Origin: an uncultured Enterobacteriaceae bacterium
GTDB taxonomy: Bacteria; Pseudomonadota; Gammaproteobacteria; Pseudomonadales; Pseudohongiellaceae
DNA: 64,000 bases
Assembly: GCA_964490145.1 (NCBI GenBank)
Contig: CAZBBS010000004.1
Location: forward strand, 261-64,260
Direction of reading: 5' to 3'
Numbering within the stretch: the stretch's first letter is position 1; each line of letters begins with the position of its first letter. The position numbers were made by a program, and so were the translations under genes. Below the pieces are notes generated by a model. That model was not told the origin of the DNA and did not search any database. It saw nothing but the letters and a program-made list of their open reading frames with translations. This document shows, in pieces, positions 60,961-64,000 of the stretch.

Positions 60961-61773
60961 CTAGTACGTTTCGTAACGATCGAGCAGATCCCTGACCAGG
61001 CCGCTGCGAACGATATCGTGTTTTTCAAAAGTGTGAATGTGAACGCCGGGTAAACCCTGTACCCGCTGAATGGCATCTTCCAGGCCGTTGGCACCGCGAA
61101 TGTCGCTTTGCTTGATGTCACCATTGATGACCACCTTGCACTCTTCGCCGATGCGGGTGAGGAACATTTTCATCTGCACTGGTGAGGTGTTCTGGGCTTC
61201 ATCCAGAATGACAAAGGTGTTGTTGTTGAACGTTTTGCCGCGCATGTAGGCAAGCGGGGCACCAACAATGCGACCATGGCGCAGGCAGTAATCCACTACG
61301 CCGCGTCCCAGTCTTTCATTGAGGATGTCCCTGAAGGCATCAATATACACGGCAAACTTGTCTTCCACTTCGCCTGGCAGAAAACCCAGATTTTCACCTG
61401 CTTCAACGGCTGGCCGGGTCAGGATGATGCGCTCAATACGGCCGGATTCCAGGGCTTCCGCGGCCAGTGCCCCGGCACAATAGGACTTGCCGGTGCCGGC
61501 AGGACCAATCCCGAAGGTCAGGCAGTTGTTCCTGATGGCGTTGATGTATTTTTGCTGGGCTGAGGTGCGCGCCACGAGGGGCGTTTTTTTCTGGTGGGGG
61601 AAGTAGGCTGTCTCAAGCTGATTGCTGTGAGCATGAATGTCGACAATATTGGATGGTTCTTCCTGCTGTCTGCGTTTTGCTTTGGTGCGTTTACCCTCTC
61701 TGTGTCTTGAATTGTATGAGTATTGCTCTCCCTGGTACTTCGCCTGTTTCCTGGCATGTGATCGTTTAGCCAT
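60961..61773 (-). CDS. PhoH-family ATPase
   Basis: 270 aa with the Walker A motif GPAGTGKS, Walker B VILDEAQN, and a basic N-terminal tail. Confidence 0.85.
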   Translation of the reverse strand: MAKRSHARKQAKYQGEQYSYNSRHREGKRTKAKRRQQEEPSNIVDIHAHSNQLETAYFPHQKKTPLVARTSAQQKYINAIRNNCLTFGIGPAGTGKSYCAGALAAEALESGRIERIILTRPAVEAGENLGFLPGEVEDKFAVYIDAFRDILNERLGRGVVDYCLRHGRIVGAPLAYMRGKTFNNNTFVILDEAQNTSPVQMKMFLTRIGEECKVVINGDIKQSDIRGANGLEDAIQRVQGLPGVHIHTFEKHDIVRSGLVRDLLDRYETY

Positions 61774-62190
61774 AAAGGAAAATCTCCCGGTCGTTGAGTC
61801 AGTGAAAAATCAAATGTACGGGTGTTGTTTCAAGGAAGACTGTTTTTTTTGGTGACTCTACCCTCCTGCCAGGCGTCTGATGTAGCTGGTCAGAGAAAGT
61901 AAAGTTGAGAAAGCGGCTTTCGCAGAAAGCTCAAAGTACGTTTCTCGATCGGCTGCAAGTAGCACTGGGCGTTTGCAAAAAGATGGGAGCAGTGTGACAC
62001 AGTACGTACAGCCTGGCAATCCAGAGGTGGCGAATTAAAGGAAAATTCATCCAAAGTTGCCGATTCCTTCATGCAACAGGCCGGTGGAGCGCGTGCCCGG
62101 CAAATAAATTACTCCGCCAGAATCCATTTTGATATGCTACCGGGCTGCGCAGTACGGATCATTCGGTACATTGTCATAGAGGGGAAGATC

Positions 62191-63069
62191 ATGAAAAAAC
62201 TCGTTTGCCTGGGCTCAGTTATGCTGAGTGCATCATGTTTGGCCCAGCAGGACTTCAGCCAGGTGGAGATTACGCCGCATCAGTTGTCTGACAACATTTA
62301 TTACCTGGCAGGCCAGGGCGGCAACATTGGTGTTTCCATAGGTGACGACGGCATCTTCATTGTCGACGACCAGTTCGCGCCCCTGTCCGAAAAAATCCTG
62401 GATGCCCTGGAAGGCTTGTCGAGTGAAAAAGTCCGGTTTGTGCTTAACACCCATCATCATCCTGACCATGTCGGCGGCAACCAGAATATGGGACGCGAGG
62501 GGGCGGTGATCGTTGCCCATGAAAACGTGCGTACCATTCTTCAAGCCGGCTTCACCAATGGTGATCTCAACCAGGCATTGAGCGCAGAACAGAAACTCGG
62601 TCTGCCGATTGTCACCTTTGCTGACTCGGTGGACTTTCACCTGAACGGCGACAGCATCCATGTTTTCTACAATGGCCCGGGTCACACCGGCGGCGATTCC
62701 TTTGTCTATTTCAAGGAAGACAACATCATTCATACTGGAGACGTGTTCCGCACGACCAGCTATCCGCGGGTTGATGTGGCCGGTGGCGGCAGCTTCCATG
62801 GCATCCTGGCCTCATACAAGAAACTGCTGGAAATCTCCAACGCCGACACCCGCTTTTTGCCAGGACACGGCGTTGTCAGCACCCAGGCCGAACTGCGTAA
62901 TCAGTACAACATGCTGGTCACCATCCGCACCCGGATGAAAACAGTCATAGACCAGGGAATGAGCCTGGAGCAGATCATGTCCATCGGACTGACCGAAGAA
63001 TACGATGAACAATGGGGAGATCCTGCCGGCTTCCTGCCCGTGGTCTATAACGAACTGATCAGCATGTAA
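62191..63069 (+). CDS. secreted MBL-fold metallo-hydrolase (paralogue of 32380..33330)
   Basis: The ATG at 62191 gives a signal peptide. It has NTHHHPDHVGGN and long colinear similarity to the other MBL protein (DFSQVEI…DNIYYL…GGNIGV…). Confidence 0.85.
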   Translation: MKKLVCLGSVMLSASCLAQQDFSQVEITPHQLSDNIYYLAGQGGNIGVSIGDDGIFIVDDQFAPLSEKILDALEGLSSEKVRFVLNTHHHPDHVGGNQNMGREGAVIVAHENVRTILQAGFTNGDLNQALSAEQKLGLPIVTFADSVDFHLNGDSIHVFYNGPGHTGGDSFVYFKEDNIIHTGDVFRTTSYPRVDVAGGGSFHGILASYKKLLEISNADTRFLPGHGVVSTQAELRNQYNMLVTIRTRMKTVIDQGMSLEQIMSIGLTEEYDEQWGDPAGFLPVVYNELISM

Positions 63070-63094
63070 GCTGTTTCTTTCTGGTTGTAGCAGT

Positions 63095-63859
63095 ATGAAA
63101 TTCAGACCCTGTATAGATCTGCACGACGGCAAGGTTGTGCAGATCGTCGGGGGGTCGTTGCAGGATGACAACCGCGACGCCCTGCAGACCAATTTTGTTT
63201 CCAGCCAGGCTCCGGCGGATTATGCCCATCGTTACCAGCAGGATAACCTGGTGGGAGGGCATGTCATTTCCCTGGGCAATGGCAACCGTGATGCAGCGCT
63301 GGAGGCTTTAAAGGCTTTTCCGGGCGGCATGCATTATGGCGGCGGTGTAAACCCTGATAATGCGGCTGAATTTCTGGATGCCGGTGCCAGTCATGTCATC
63401 GTCACCTCCTGGGTGTTCAGCGATGACCACCTCGACAAGGACAAGCTGGCGCGGTTGCGCGATGCGGTGGGCAGGGACCGTCTCGTCCTCGACCTGAGCT
63501 GCCGTAAAAAAGGGGATGACTTCCATATTGTCACCAACCGTTGGCAAACCTTTACCAGCGAAATAGTTTCAGCGACTTTGCTTGAAAATCTCGCTGACTA
63601 TTGCGCCGAATACCTGGTGCATGGTGTGGATGTCGAAGGCATGAGCCAGGGCATTCAGGAAGATTTAATCGTTACCCTTGGTAAACACTCCCCCTTACCG
63701 GTGACCTATGCCGGCGGTGTATCGCGCCTGGAAGACCTGGACCTGGTGAAAGCGCTGGGCAAAGACAGGGTGGACCTGACGATTGGCAGTGCACTGGATA
63801 TCTTCGGGGGGAAGGTCAAGTATGAGGATGTGCTGGCGTGGGTCAGGACGCAGTCCTGA
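63095..63859 (+). CDS. hisA: eukaryotic-type (His6-like) ProFAR isomerase HisA
   Basis: CIDLHDGKVVQIVGGSL…VIVTSWVF…LDLSCRK…DVEG…YAGG…VDLTIGSALDIFGG matches yeast His6 blocks as I recall them. Confidence 0.75.
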   Translation: MKFRPCIDLHDGKVVQIVGGSLQDDNRDALQTNFVSSQAPADYAHRYQQDNLVGGHVISLGNGNRDAALEALKAFPGGMHYGGGVNPDNAAEFLDAGASHVIVTSWVFSDDHLDKDKLARLRDAVGRDRLVLDLSCRKKGDDFHIVTNRWQTFTSEIVSATLLENLADYCAEYLVHGVDVEGMSQGIQEDLIVTLGKHSPLPVTYAGGVSRLEDLDLVKALGKDRVDLTIGSALDIFGGKVKYEDVLAWVRTQS

Positions 63860-63868
63860 CGTGTTTTA
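63842..63868 (+). terminator. hairpin overlapping the hisA-like stop, followed by GTGTTTTA
   Basis: GTCAGGAC-GCA-GTCCTGAC, a perfect 8-bp stem. Confidence 0.5.
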
Positions 63869-64000
63869 GGAGACAGGAGACAGGATTGTTTCTGGAAAAT
63901 TTTGGGTGGATGGCCATTATTATCACTTTGGGTAAAAAAAAATCTTGACGGTTATCCCGGAAAAACGAACATCGTCCCTGCCTCCTGCCTCCTGCCTCCT
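63868..64000. repeat. element bounded by inverted heptamer arrays (AGGAGACAGGAGACAGGA … TCCCTGCCTCCTGCCTCCTGCCTCCT), truncated by the window end
   Basis: The arrays are at 63868-63885 and 63975-64000, separated by about 90 nt. The architecture matches 54615-54744. Confidence 0.6.

Noticed and set aside
61985-62006. Possible Pho box (CTGTGTCACACTGC on the minus strand) upstream of the PhoH-like gene
   Set aside because: It has only one good CTGTCA-like half. The spacing does not match the 11-bp periodic CTGTCAT repeats, and it lies more than 200 nt from the start codon.
63975-64000. Heptamer arrays as a possible CRISPR or minisatellite locus
   Set aside because: The units are 7 nt with no spacers, there are only 3-4 copies, and no cas genes are present. 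They fit a REP-like dispersed repeat rather than CRISPR.

Overview
64-kb chromosomal window from a gammaproteobacterium, roughly 50% GC by eye. The core gene order closely follows the Pseudomonas/Oceanospirillales pattern: ispE-lolB-TPR lipoprotein divergent from hemA-prfA-prmC-moeB; gatCAB divergent from mreBCD; ispB divergent from rplU-rpmA-obg-proB; rpsT divergent from murJ-ribF-lspA-fkpB-ispH, convergent with pilRS; then nadE, a DUF4212/solute symporter pair, frmA-fghA and others. I call 66 CDS. By eye I found no rRNA, tRNA, CRISPR array, transposase, integrase or recognisable phage or defence genes. Most of the window is ordinary housekeeping DNA, and I found no clear-cut new multi-gene system. 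The parts worth a second look are: (1) a roughly 700-bp non-coding composite palindrome with iteron-like tandem units between proB and an inserted gene cluster; (2) that cluster of four secreted proteins of unknown function, which has internal paralogy and includes an MBL hydrolase; (3) a BlaI / BlaR1(M56)-TonB_C / TonB signalling module with a structured promoter region; (4) a recurrent REP-like family of GGCAGG/CCTGCC heptamer arrays at gene ends; (5) a lipoprotein PQQ quinohemoprotein dehydrogenase operon with a YeiH-type transporter and PepSY proteins; (6) mreC apparently starting at a non-canonical codon; (7) a standalone DnaJ-type zinc-finger miniprotein; (8) a eukaryotic-type (His6-like) HisA; and (9) loss of ileS from the ribF-ileS-lspA operon. 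All product calls come from motif and family recognition by eye and from synteny. No database search was run.
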